From Geosiphon pyriformis uo1 (lineage: Eukaryota; Fungi; Glomeromycota), in contig JAAOMT010000785.1 in the NCBI GenBank assembly GCA_016748015.1, forward strand, positions 1-64,000: a stretch of DNA of 64,000 nucleotides, given 5' to 3'. This document shows positions 24,792-37,199 of the stretch, piece after piece. The position numbers were made by a program, and so were the translations under genes. Under the pieces are notes generated by a model. The model saw nothing but the letters and a program-made list of their open reading frames with translations, searched no databases and was not told the DNA's origin. The stretch's first letter is position 1, and the number at the start of each line of letters is the position of its first letter.

Positions 24792-25361
24792 ATGCACTCA
24801 TCAAAGAAAAACTCCCCGTTAGCATCATCCACAGAATTTTCTCGATTTTCTCAAATTTTGCCAATGCCTAAAAGTACAACATGGCCAAAAACAAGCCACG
24901 GGTATCTTAAACCGGGTAAATCCTCTACGCTGGTCACACTGGAACAAAAATTATTAAAAAAAATCGCCATGTTGAAACAGTCTTCTGTAAATTACATGGG
25001 AAAAACCATTGGTTCCCAACAAACCTCATTTTATTCACAACCTCATTCAAAATCTTCATCTTTTAAAAGTAATAAACTACCTCACTTAAAACAAGAGCTT
25101 AATAAACCGACAAATAACTCTCACAAACCAAAATCTCATTTCTCGTCTGGCTTTTTTAAGACTGAAATGAGATTCTGGCAATTTTGGATTGAATCAAAGG
25201 TTATCACATATGTACGTTATGGGATGATTCAACCGGATGGAAGGCTTAAAGAACGAGCGGTACAAAAGCAACACCATTCAAATGGGACGGATGCCAGAAG
25301 TTTTATTGAAAATCTAATTGATAAGAAAATTAAATCTGGGTATGAGGGATGGATGAGGTGA
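24792..25361 (+). CDS. Stand-alone WGR-domain protein with a basic Ser/Lys-rich N-terminus, 189 aa
   Basis: C-terminal RFWQFWIE..VITYVRYG..G....A..FIENLIDKKIKSGY fits the WGR pattern (KFW..V.VRWG/YG..G..A..LI..K.KKGY); ATG preceded by AAAAAC. Confidence 0.7.
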   Translation: MHSSKKNSPLASSTEFSRFSQILPMPKSTTWPKTSHGYLKPGKSSTLVTLEQKLLKKIAMLKQSSVNYMGKTIGSQQTSFYSQPHSKSSSFKSNKLPHLKQELNKPTNNSHKPKSHFSSGFFKTEMRFWQFWIESKVITYVRYGMIQPDGRLKERAVQKQHHSNGTDARSFIENLIDKKIKSGYEGWMR

Positions 25362-27447
25362 TAATGTTAATAAAAAGCCATCTTCAATTGTATATAAAGT
25401 ATTTTTTATTTATTTGTACGGAACTATTCACAGACTGTGATAGTACGAAATTCCTTATGTGTCTCAAAAAATGAGAATAAAAATTCCTTTACAATATTTT
25501 CTCTATTGAAGTAGAAAAGTAAAATAATATGTATTTAGGAGTGTGTGAGCTATAATTGATATCGTAAGGTTTTTGAGTCCGCCAATCGGTCTAGTGATGT
25601 GACTCGAGGTACAGATCTAAAGTGTTAAAAAGGATAAGCGGCTCAGTTGAATGTTAGATTTCGAATAGAAAATAAAATTTCAATTATGGGAAGCCATTGT
25701 ACTGATCTGATTCAAAAATTGTTGATTTGATAATGACATTCTGATAAGAGAGAGACAGCTGAATCACAATATCTGGTTTTTATTGTAAGCCTTCAAGTGT
25801 AAACATCCCACCACACGAGCAACCTGCTATTAATCTTTAATTTTTATATTTTGCTAAAGTTAGTCAACATGGATATCAATTATTTTATGTTTGGCATTAA
25901 AAAATTCAAAAGTATATTTTTAAAATAATATTTAATTGATAAATAACGAATACTAAAACTTTGAAGATAATTTTCGAATTTTTAGTTATATTTAGATTAA
26001 CTTGACAAAAAAACTTTCCGGTTTCGTCTATTCCTAATAAAGGAGTGGGAAATTTCAAAACAGCTCTGATTTAATAAGGAATCTTCAATAGTACTTTTTG
26101 AGAAACCAAATAACCCTTTTTGTGACAACAATCAATTTAAGCATAAGTTTTTAGTTTCAAAAAAAAAAAGAAAGTTTTATTCAAATTAATCTTTATGATT
26201 AATATAAAACTTATAAAAAATGCTAGTAATTTCAAAAAAAATGAATAAATGTTTTAAAAAAATAATTTAATAAAGTTTTAACCATGAATTTATAGCTATA
26301 TATTTTTTTTTATGGTTTAATAGGTTTTCTCACAAAATTAAAGATTTATAATTTAATAAATAATCTTTTTAAGTTATTAATTAAATATATACATTTAAAT
26401 AAATAATAATAATAATAATAAATTATCAAATTGCATAAAAAAAAAACAAATAAACATTTACCAATAAAAGAATGTTTGTTGTAAACTTTTTTAGAAATTA
26501 AAAATGAATTTCACCAATAATATTAACTTTAATTAAAATATCCCAAATATATAACGATTAAAATAATAAAATTTTAATAATTATATTATAAGATAGAGGA
26601 AATGATAAAAATTTTGATGAGGAATTTATGTTTCAGGTTTTATTGTTTTAAAAAACCAGGTTGTAGTTAAAAGTTTGACACAAATTTACTTAATTAATTT
26701 AACAATATTATTAATTTATAAGACAAAATGTGAAGTTAGGAATCAAAATGCAACCTTTTGAAAGTTATTCATAAAGTTTAATATAAATGTGGAAAAAAAA
26801 TTACCATTTTTAACAAAAATAAATATTTCTCAATATTAAATAATTAATTCAGTTCAAAGTTTTAAATTTATAAATTCATAAATCAAAATTTATGTTTCTT
26901 GGTTAAACTGATTCATGAAAATGGACAGACCATAAAAAAAATTAATTTATGTGCCTATTTCAATTCAACACATTACAGCAAAAAAGTTGAATCTGAGATT
27001 ATAAAAAATACATCTTTTTAATAGAGGGTTTGATTAATTTTTTAACAATGTAATTTAATTGAGGACTTAGAGTCTCTTATCGTTATATTTATTAAGTGCT
27101 AAAAAACTAAAAGTACTGTTTGTTTGAGACTTGATACAGTGCAAACTGTCAAATAAAAATTAATAGCAACTGATCTTAACCGAACTGAAAATTTAAATCA
27201 TTAGTAAGCATATTCTTATCATTTTCCCAAAGGTTAATACTTATGCAGATAATATCAGCACAATTATAATAAACTTATTTTTTTTGAGAATCTTTTATCA
27301 CGAGTTATTAGAAGTTCCGATAAAAATAATATCATAGCATGGGTCCCAGCTAGCCTATTGGGAAATTATTTGAGATTACCATAATTTAAGCTTTTGCAGA
27401 ATCAAATATTGAAAATCTATATTTTTTAAATCAAGGAATTTTTTAAA

Positions 27448-29610
27448 ATGATTCCATCAGTTGAAGTCAAATATTAAGAAAAATGTTTTTGCCGTTAGGT
27501 TTATAGAGTTCCTCAAATTTTAAAAGAATTCAAAGATATTCGAAAAACTAAAGGATCTTATAGCTTTTTTTTTCTTCATGATGTAGCACAAGCTCATTAG
27601 GAGCTAATTTAAAATGAATGTTGCTTCAAAGATTCCCCATTCAATGAGATAGAACCTGATATTTAACCTAGAATTCGCGGAATTTGATCCGGCTACTCCT
27701 ATTGCGAAAGGTGCCTATGCTGACGTTTCATATTGTACTTGGGAATCAAAACCCATCAAGGTTGAATTTAAAAGACTTTTCAGCTAGCTCATCGCACAAA
27801 GAGACAAAAGAAATTTCAAGCGTGAGGTATTGTTTAGAGAAATATTCAATCCTTCTACCTTTAATTCCCATTTAAAATATCGAAATATCTTCTTTCAAGG
27901 TAGAACTTTTACATAAATTGGGTAATTGAGAGAACCCATATATCACGCAATTTTTGGGTTTGATAAAAGGTTTGAAACAAAATTTCTTTTGGTCTAGTTT
28001 TCAAAATAGATAGGATTGGGTTATGAATTATTCCAGGTTTTAACGGAGATTATATTCTTGTATTATAATACGCAAGTGGAGGTACTCTTCAAAAGAATCA
28101 TTTTGAATTGCTTGGAGTTAGAAAGAAAATTGAGCTAGCGAAAAACACAATCGATGCTATAACATATTTGCATGAAAACAAGATATTTAATAGGGATTTG
28201 ATAGGTCATTTTATTTAAAAACTGAAACTCTTTTAAAGTTAATAAATTGTGAATCAAAGATATTTTTTATATTTAAGCATTCAAAATATGGGTCTCATAC
28301 ATAATAAAAAAAAGCGATTTTAGCGGATTTTGGACTATCCAAGTCAGAAAACGATATGATTTCATCAGCCAAGTCTTTGGATTAATTTCGTATATAGACC
28401 CAATTCGTTGGAACAACGAAACATATAGATATACCACAGCATCCGATATTTATTCTTTGGGTGTTTTCCTTTGGGAAATTGCAAACAGCCACCGTTTAAG
28501 AACCCTTCGAGAGATCCCACATTGGCTGGCGAAATTGCAGATGGGAAAAGAGAATGTTTTGTAGAGATTTTCAGCACTGAACTAAGCTTGCCTTCTCATC
28601 CATTAAATTTTTCATATGCCCAGCTTTATGGAAAATGCTGGTCAGGTATCACCAAAAGTAAAATTGATTTCCTTAAATATTGAAAATTATATATTTTAGA
28701 ATGATTGATATTGAATTCATATTTATTAAAATGATATAAAAATAGAACGTCTGACGATTATTAATGTTCAACAAGAATTTGACGAGGATTTAGAGATTAG
28801 CAATTTTACAGAGGTGTGTATTGCTAGCAAACAAGGTGACGAGTCACAACATGATTCGGGTTTCTCATATCATGATGGGGAAAAGAGACAATCAAATTGG
28901 GAAACCTTGAAGTGCTATCAAGCTGCTGCTGAACAAGGTGATACAATTGCGCAAACCAATTCTGTGTAATATGTATTATTATGGCCAAGGAGTTGAGGAA
29001 TCGAATGAGGAAGTTATGAAGTGAGATAAGACTGCTGCTGAACAAGGTTATGCAATTGCAAAATACACTTTGGGTCTTATGTATAAAATGGGCGAGGAGT
29101 TGAGCAATCGAATGAGGAGGCTGTGAAGTGGTATCGGGCTGCCGCTGAAAAAGGCAATGCAACTTCGCAAAAAAATTTAGCCAATATGTATTTGGATGGC
29201 CAAGGAGTTGAGCAATCTAATGAGGAAGCTGTGAAGTGGTTTCGGGCTGCTGCTAAACAAGATCATGTGACGTCCCAATACAATTTAGGTATTATGTATT
29301 TGAATGGCCGTGAAAAAATCTAATGAGAAAGCTGTGAAGTGGTATCGGGCTGCTGCCGAACATGGTTGTAAAGAAAAGCAAACAAATCTGGGCAATATGC
29401 ATTTGAAAGAACGGAAGAGGAAGCCGTAAAGTGCTATCGGGCTGCTGCTGAACAAGATTATGCAATTGCACAATATAATCTGATTAAGTGGTATCAGTGT
29501 GCTGCCCATAAAATCTCAGTAATATGTATAAAAGTGGCCAAGGAGTTGAGCAAGCGAATCAAGAAGTCTTGAAGTGGTTTCGGGCTGCTGAACAAGATTT
29601 TTTTAGGCTA
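27448..29610 (+). pseudogene. Protein kinase plus Sel1-repeat pseudogene
   Basis: IAKGAYADV, YLHENKIFNRDL, ADFGLSK, SDI/SLGVF/WEIA fragments, then ~108-bp Sel1 units (AAEKGNATSQKNLANMYLDGQGVEQSNEEAVKWFRAAA) at ~28900-29600; many stops and frameshifts; ends at a gap. Confidence 0.88.
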
Positions 29611-30066
29611 ANNNNNNNNNNNNNNNNNNNNNNNNNNNNNNNNNNNNNNNNNNNNNNNNNNNNNNNNNNNNNNNNNNNNNNNNNNNNNNNNNNNNNNNNN
29701 NNNNNNNNNNNNNNNNNNNNNNNNNNNNNNNNNNNNNNNNNNNNNNNNNNNNNNNNNNNNNNNNNNNNNNNNNNNNNNNNNNNNNNNNNNNNNNNNNNNN
29801 NNNNNNNNNNNNNNNNNNNNNNNNNNNNNNNNNNNNNNNNNNNNNNNNNNNNNNNNNNNNNNNNNNNNNNNNNNNNNNNNNNNNNNNNNNNNNNNNNNNN
29901 NNNNNNNNNNNNNNNNNNNNNNNNNNNNNNNNNNNNNNNNNNNNNNNNNNNNNNNNNNNNNNNNNNNNNNNNNNNNNNNNNNNNNNNNNNNNNNNNNNNN
30001 NNNNNNNNNNNNNNNNNNNNNNNNNNNNNNNNNNNNNNNNNNNNNNNNNNNNNNNNNNNNNNNNNN

Positions 30067-31002
30067 AATACCAGGAACTTTAACAGGACGAAACCCATCA
30101 CAAATTAAGTACTGAAGATGAATGTCATGATTTATATTCGAAAAAAGGTTTTTCCCTCCTGATGCAATTTCCCACATAATCATTCCAACACTGTAAACAT
30201 CAGAAAATTGTGAATGTGGTTGGCCTCGTAGAACTTCTGGTGCCATATAAGGAATCACTCCAAAAGTTCCTTTATCGTTGCTCCAAGATGTCGAATCTGC
30301 AGGAAAAGCAAGACCCAAATCGGCAACCATCACTTGATGCCCATTCACCAGAACATTTCCAGGGTGTAGATCGCGATGAAGAAACCCCAATTGATGGATG
30401 CAAGCCAATGCCTCGAAAATCTGCGCTGTAATGAGAAGTTTTTCTTGCCATGTTAAGATTTTATTGAAACGCTTCAAATATTGACGCAGGTCATGATTTG
30501 ACGCGTATTGGAATATAAGTAAAAAATCTTTCGTTTTCGGATCACACGTAATGCCAAAAAACGAAATTAGAGCTCGAGAGGCATGAGAGCAGCAGAGATG
30601 AATTGCAACCTAAAAATATTTTGAATAAATAGGGAGACATTGGAAAATATTCACTTTCAACAGTACTCTAAATAATGATTTAAAGAACATTGTACTTGCC
30701 TCTCTCAAAAATTCATTTGTACTTTTTTCGGAATTATTTATTCTCTTTAGGGCAACTTTTGTAGGTGAAGTTCTAACGAGTTCATTATTGCCATCAAGAC
30801 AGACTCGTCCATCAAGCCATATAGCTGAAAAAACGGTCCCAAATCCTCCTTGAGCTAAATATTTGATGTCTTTGAACCGATCAAAGTCTACCCATTCAAT
30901 GAATTTTTTATTGAAAAGTTCTTTCCAGAGGTAAAAATTCAAAATCCCGGCAAGTTGTGCGCTGTTGTTTGAAAGTTGTGAATGCGAAATTAATTCTTCC
31001 AA
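30067..31002 (-). CDS. TKL-type protein kinase, 3' end lost in gap, 5' start uncertain; intron 30699-30610
   Basis: LAQGGFGTVF, KVALK, HRDLHPGNVL, ADLGL, YMAPE, SDVYSVGMIMWE motifs. Confidence 0.8.
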
Positions 31003-31296
31003 ATTTGAATTTTATCCTGAATCATTGCATTGATTTGAAGTTCAAAGAAAATTTCTGGTTCTTTAATTGCAAGCTATATGGATCATAGATAAATTTAGTG
31101 TTTTCTTTTTTGTAATAAGAAATTGCTCCCGTATTTGTCCAAGGGGCTAAATCCATTTAGTTGATCGTACTGTATTTTGATAATGCGACAGAAATTCATT
31201 AAAAAGAAACAATACGTTTTATACAATTTTTTTAATAAGTTATTTTGGCTGGTGATAAAATACAAGATGATATTCAGGTATTTCGCATTATTAAGA

Positions 31297-32878
31297 ACCA
31301 CAACTGTTACGTGACACAATAGTGAAGTTAAATCTTATTTCGAAAAGAATATTTCCAATCTTGAAAACACACAAGAATTTGTAATCTATTTTTTTTAGCC
31401 TCTAGCTGACCAAATATGCCATGAATTTAAAATTACTTATGAATTTTGTGCTCCATCCAAAGATAATATTTATTTTTAACACCGAATTCTAAGGTGCCTA
31501 ATATTGTTCCAATATATTATACTTCTTAATACATGTAAAAGAAAAATATTGATAATATTATTTCATGTATAGTTTGAAATTCTTATGAAGATTCAGTTAA
31601 AAAATGATAAAAGTAGACTATCTAAGGAAAGCCTAAAATTTAACCAAGGCTTAAATTATCAAAATTAAGAAAAGCATTAAACTCAAGCAATCAAGGTTTC
31701 TAGAGTGATCTTCGTTAAGGATGTATATTTAATCATAAACTTTTATCTTCACGAAATTCTTTTAAAAACAGAGATGGAATCATTTTAATTAATGTTGACC
31801 TTAAGATATTTACTTAAACTAGATTTGTATTCGTAATTCCTGAAATTCAGAAAATATATTAAAAATTTAAGAGATTCATTGAGTTTTAATTCCTCGTTCA
31901 CAATTGCGTATTGAAAATTTATTCGAGTCTCAGTCTTCCAAAAATCCAATTCATGGAATATAAAGGGTCAGCATAAAGAATAAAGTTATTCATCATTTCA
32001 AGAGCTTATCATTTTGAAAAAAAATTCTGAGCCCACGGAGATGGGTTATTTAGCCTTGAATTTTTAATGTAAAAATGTAACTAAAAAAAGATTGGTTAGC
32101 CTCTTTTGCAAAGCTCTGCTTACATTCAATGAAAATTTTATTAAGATTTTGAATTAAAGACATGAATTAATAGATATACATGTATTTGGTTTGGGAATTG
32201 AAATTATTAGTTATAAATTTGAATATTACAAATTAATTATATTTCTGATTTTCTATATTCAGTGACCGTGGATGAAAAAAATCTTATAGATGATCAAAAA
32301 TACAAAGTTCAGATATTTTGACCATATAGCCATTCGAAAGGTTCAATCTTACTTTAAAAAAAGACTAAAAGTAATATTTGAAAACGATATTTTGTTGCTT
32401 CGGTTTGTTTAAAAAGAAAAGATTTAGTAAAGAATAAGAGTGAAGAAAGTGAATTGTAAAGTTATCATATTGTTGGATTAAAAAGGATAGAATAAATATT
32501 AAAATTTTGGCAAATCAATATTTTCAAAGATATTTCTAGCATTTATGAAAATTTTAAGCCAAAATCGTTGTAATAAAAAGTAAAATAGCTCCTGTTTTGT
32601 TAATAAGCATACTGAGCTGTCATCTTGAAACCTATTTCTTATGCAAATTTTTATCAACCTTGAAAAGCAGGTCGACGTGATAAATTTTACTCGAGCAAGT
32701 TTCTCTTGAGAACCATCCTTTTCTTGTGAGTCTTATTTCTCGGATTACCAAAAAAGCATTAGAATTTTTTGCGTAAGAAAACATGGTAATTTCAAAAAAT
32801 ATCTTTCAAATTTTGATGATATAAGGCAATATGCTAGGACAATTAGTCTTTTTAAAGAATTTTCCAAGTACTAATTTA
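31297..32878. repeat. Diverged inverted duplication, partner 62371-64000
   Basis: ACCACAACTGTT at 31297 is the reverse complement of the window end; collinear similarity with indels continues to ~32878/62371. Confidence 0.93.
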
Positions 32879-34212
32879 TCATGATATAAATACCAAAAAA
32901 TACTAGTAAACACGAAACTAAAATCAATATTATCAACGACAAATATCTTGAAGAGATACAGACGTTATTTTATTAGATGTTTTTTACATAATTGGATATT
33001 AGCATTATAATGAGAATATTTAAGTAACTATTTTAAATTTCAGGAATAATTACTATTAATTCAGTAGTAACTAGGACAAAATTTTCGAAAAATCACACAT
33101 ATGTAATAATAAAAGTTTTTAAGGTTGCTAAATATTGTTGAGATTAATACTCTTGTTTTTTATTTTAGTTTTGTTACAATTATTAGTTTTATTAATTTTT
33201 GTTTCTGCATTCATCAAATAAAAAATTAAAATTAAAATTAAAATTAGCCACAGTATAATATCACTATTTTTTTGACAAGTCTACAACTTAATTGTTCCTT
33301 AAGAGATTCAAAGTTAAACATTTTTTTAAAAATAGGTGATAACCTTGGCAATACTAATAGCAAAATTGGTAAAAACTTTGTAAACAAGAAAAGAAAAAAT
33401 CAATAATTAGTTTCTCCAGTAGAAAAATAATTGAATAAATTGATATATTTTGAATACCATGAATATTTTTAAACTCAAATTATGAATAAATTATGCATAT
33501 GTTTTTTAAAGAATTATTTTTGGTAAAATTGATAATATCTATGGAACAGAAGAAAAAAAGAATCCTAATATTTTCAAATTGAGTATTGAAACAGAAAAAG
33601 ATGAGGTAAGATATAAAATCAGGTGCTCATACCAGGGTGGCTAAAATTGATTTTTAGATCCGTCTAGGCTGAATTTGTTTTTTCCACTAAAACAAGACTA
33701 GCCAAAATTTTGATTCAATATTATGAGAAACAAATGCTATAATAGTGTTGAACGATCTGTGCAAACAAAATAAATAAAAAAATAAAATAATAAATAATTA
33801 AAATGTTCCAAGGGTTTAAAAAGAAATTATTAATTAGGCGCAACACTTTGAAAATTTAATTTTGAAACTGTAAAATAAATTTCGGAAACAATAATAATTT
33901 TTAAGAGACCAAAATTTCCAGCAAAAGAGTGAAATTTTGAAACTTATTCAAGAGACTATTGTGCTATGATTAATATATTAGCTTTAAATCTAAAAATACT
34001 CAAATGATTAGGTCTAATAAAGGAAAAAACATTCAATATCACGGATAACAGATTAGATAAGTTTGCGTACCAAATATTTGGAAAAAAGATGTTTTTAGAG
34101 AAGATCGGGAAAACTTAGCCTCGTGTTTTTTTATCAAGGGGATATAATTGAAGGAAAAAAACTTTACTCATTCTAACAAAAATTGAACAATTTCTAATAC
34201 ATTGATTTCAAA

Positions 34213-35641
34213 ATGTTCTTTGTTTCTTACATTTCTTCGATTATTTTTTTTATAATTGTAATTTTCACATCACAAATTTGGTATTCTTCATTTTTCATAA
34301 AAAATTTCGAATTAACAAATTCAACGCGTTTGATATCTCCCAATACTCAAGACATTAAAGAGAATAACTCAAAAAACCAATATATTTTTATAGATAAAGC
34401 AGGGAATTCACATGATCCGAGAAATATTTCTCATACAAATAGCTCTAAAAATTTTAACCCACCATATATAGGTCTCCCGGCTCCTGATGCTTTAATTCAA
34501 TTAAGTGATTTCCAAGATATAAATTCAAACGTAGCCTATTCCCATATTCGTAGAACCGAATTTGTAGACCTAAGTTTTCCCATTATGGACCTTAAATTAT
34601 TAAGAGATTTTAAAAAATATGCATGGCTTGCAATGAAAGCATCATGCCTTAAGAAGGATGTAAGAAATATGGTTATACCTGGAATTTATGGTATATGTTT
34701 AACTCAATTTTTGAGAATTTATAAAACTCTATATATGACAAAAATTTGAATTTTTTTTCCAGCTAAAGTTGGGATATCCTTCAATGAATTGGTTCTTCAT
34801 ATCCAAGCAGACGAGTTAAGTGAACAACAATGGTTATCACGAAAAAATGATTTGGTCGATTATCCAGAAATTAAAGGAGGAAAAGTTGATAAAGAATTTT
34901 ACTCAAATTTTCTTAAAACTCAAGGAGTCATGGCTAAAAAGCTAGCATCTATTTCAATGGACACTGGTATATCTCGAATCGTTTTAGCCGCTTATGGAAT
35001 CGGTGCTGGTAAGCTTTAATAATCATTCTTATTGGGAAGTTCTTTTACTAATTTTTCTTATTTTATCTACATTTACTTTAATAGTATATGGAATTTTCAC
35101 AATGCTACAATTATTAACAATTACGCACGATTTGACTATTGATATTTATACCTATGGTCAACCACATATCGGAAATCGAATATTTGCTCTATATATTAAT
35201 CAAATTAAATCTTTCATGAAAATCACTCGCATTACTTTTAAAGATGACTTTGTCCCTCGAATGCCAGTAAATAAATATCATGACTATCTTCATCATATGA
35301 CGGAGGTTTGGATTGCTTCTGAAGACTGTTCATGCCTTAAAGAAGAGGTATATTTATGTCTTAGCAGCTCGGGGTTATTTGACGGACATAAATACACCGC
35401 GGAAAACTCGGTATATCAGAAATAATTTAAATAAGCCTGATTATTCATATAATTGTGCTAATTTCTAGATTTCTCTTCAAATAACTAGAGATGTAATAAC
35501 CGGTTTAGAGTTCCAAATATCCGCTCTCACAGAGGTCCGTATTTTGGTTATAAAATGGGCGTTTGTATCGAGGCTCCACCACCATTTCAAGATGTCAAGT
35601 ATGCTTTCTTTGGAGATGAAAAATGGACTACTAATTTATAA
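34213..35641 (+). CDS. Class-3 lipase-like protein lacking the catalytic serine; exons 34213-34690, 34763-35008, 35085-35410, 35489-35641
   Basis: N-terminal hydrophobic anchor; YTYGQPHIGN, DDFVPRMP, YLHH..EVWI, CNN..HRGPYFG; elbow reads AAYGIGAV. Confidence 0.88.
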
Positions 35642-35888
35642 TGATGAAAAAAATAAATTCAGTCCCTTAATAATTATCTATCAAATCAGCACATGTCATC
35701 CCTTAAAAGTACTCATTTATCAAAATCGAAACTCTACTTTTTAAAACTTTTTAACCAACTTAGATGTGTTTTATAACTCTTGCTATTCTAGCAAACAATT
35801 AGATCTCCAAGTGAGACCAAATTTTTACAAAGAATAAAAAATTAGCCTGAGAAGAGGAGACAATATTTTAAAAAGAGAGTTGGGTGAT

Positions 35889-35963
35889 TATGAGCAGAAA
35901 AGAGTTGACTGACTGAGTATGAGCAGAAAAGAGTTGACTGACTGAGTATAAGCAAAAAAGAGT
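35889..35963. repeat. 30-bp tandem repeat, about 2.5 copies
   Basis: TATGAGCAGAAAAGAGTTGACTGACTGAG repeated. Confidence 0.85.
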
Positions 35964-36399
35964 AAAAAATAGAAAAAAAGAAATCACTAACTCCAAGTTA
36001 ACCATCGGCCATTTGTAGAAGATACAGTCGAAGAACTATTTATTAAAAAGAAACGGAAAACTGTTGATTAGGGTTAAAAAAGCTCGAGTATCTAAGGACT
36101 TTTTCCTTCAATTAGTGTAATAAAGAAATTAACGGATCCCTAAAACACTCCCTCTTCAATTACCAATTAGTTTATATCTGAGAATATTGAAAAAAGTTGG
36201 AAGAAGAAAAGTTGGCATTTTTATTAGGGAAATAGTAGAAGAGAATTATTTAAGAAACGCTCATAAAGAACGCTATACCAACAACCCACATTTATTGAAA
36301 GAAGGAAAAAAGTCGAAATTGAAATCTCACTAAAAATTATGCAAAGAAAAGTGTTAGGAAATAATATTTTGCAGCGAACAGTCTACTGAATAGACTTAC

Positions 36400-36960
36400 C
36401 TTACCGGATAAGAAAAACATTCGGGGATTACTAATTCGGGTTCAATCCATTTTGGTAATAAGTAATCAAATCAAAAAGATATTATTGAAGAAGTAAATGT
36501 TAATCAAAGTATTCTTATAAGCCTTTTTTTACCCCAAAAAGATGGAGTTTGTCTTGATGAATTTAGCCAAGATAATAAATGCAAAAGGAGAAGAAATAAC
36601 TAATTCTGTATTAAAAAAAAAGGGAGATTTGGTTATTGAGAATTTTTCTAATTTAGTGCTATGATAATTATTAGCTTAATGGCTTGAAACTTATTGATTT
36701 ATCTGCAAACTTTCTGGTATGTAAATAGGTTCGATGTTAACTTTCTCTGTAATTTTGATTCTAAAAAATTGAGAATTTATTACTTTGCAAAATTTGTAAA
36801 ATTAAAACGTTTATATCTGGGAGCAAAGAGATAGCAGAAAATTACAAATGTGAAAAAAATAATTGTTTGTGATTATTTTTGTGATTCATTTAAAAGATTT
36901 TCAAAATCTAAGGAATTTCAAGTTTAAAAATATTTTATTGTGTTATTGATGATGGTCAGT
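36400..36960 (+). pseudogene. Decayed leucine-rich-repeat gene fragment
   Basis: Broken frames give KKGDLVIENFSNL, LKLIDLSAN, FAKFVKLKRLYLG, FCDSFK/FQNLRN. Confidence 0.5.
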
Positions 36961-37156
36961 ATTATGTAATGACAAATAAAAAGAAACTAGTAATTTTAGT
37001 TAAAAGAATAATAATTTTGAATATTTTTAGGAAATATTATTTACTTGATTATTAAAGAAATTTTTAGTAAAAGTTACAATTATTTGTTTATATTATATTT
37101 AGACAAGACTTAAAATTACAAAAATTTTTTTTTTAAAAATAAATAAAAGAATAGGC

Positions 37157-37197
<41 letters not shown>
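37157..37197. repeat. (AAT)n microsatellite
   Basis: Direct reading. Confidence 0.9.

Positions 37198-37199
<2 letters not shown>

Noticed and set aside
32711-32726. AACCATCCTTTTCTTG matches the 5' end of U4atac snRNA as I recall it (also 62521-62536, minus)
   Set aside because: No recognisable 5' stem-loop or U6atac stem I pairing segment follows, and the Sm-like site is too close; not called as an snRNA without a cmscan hit
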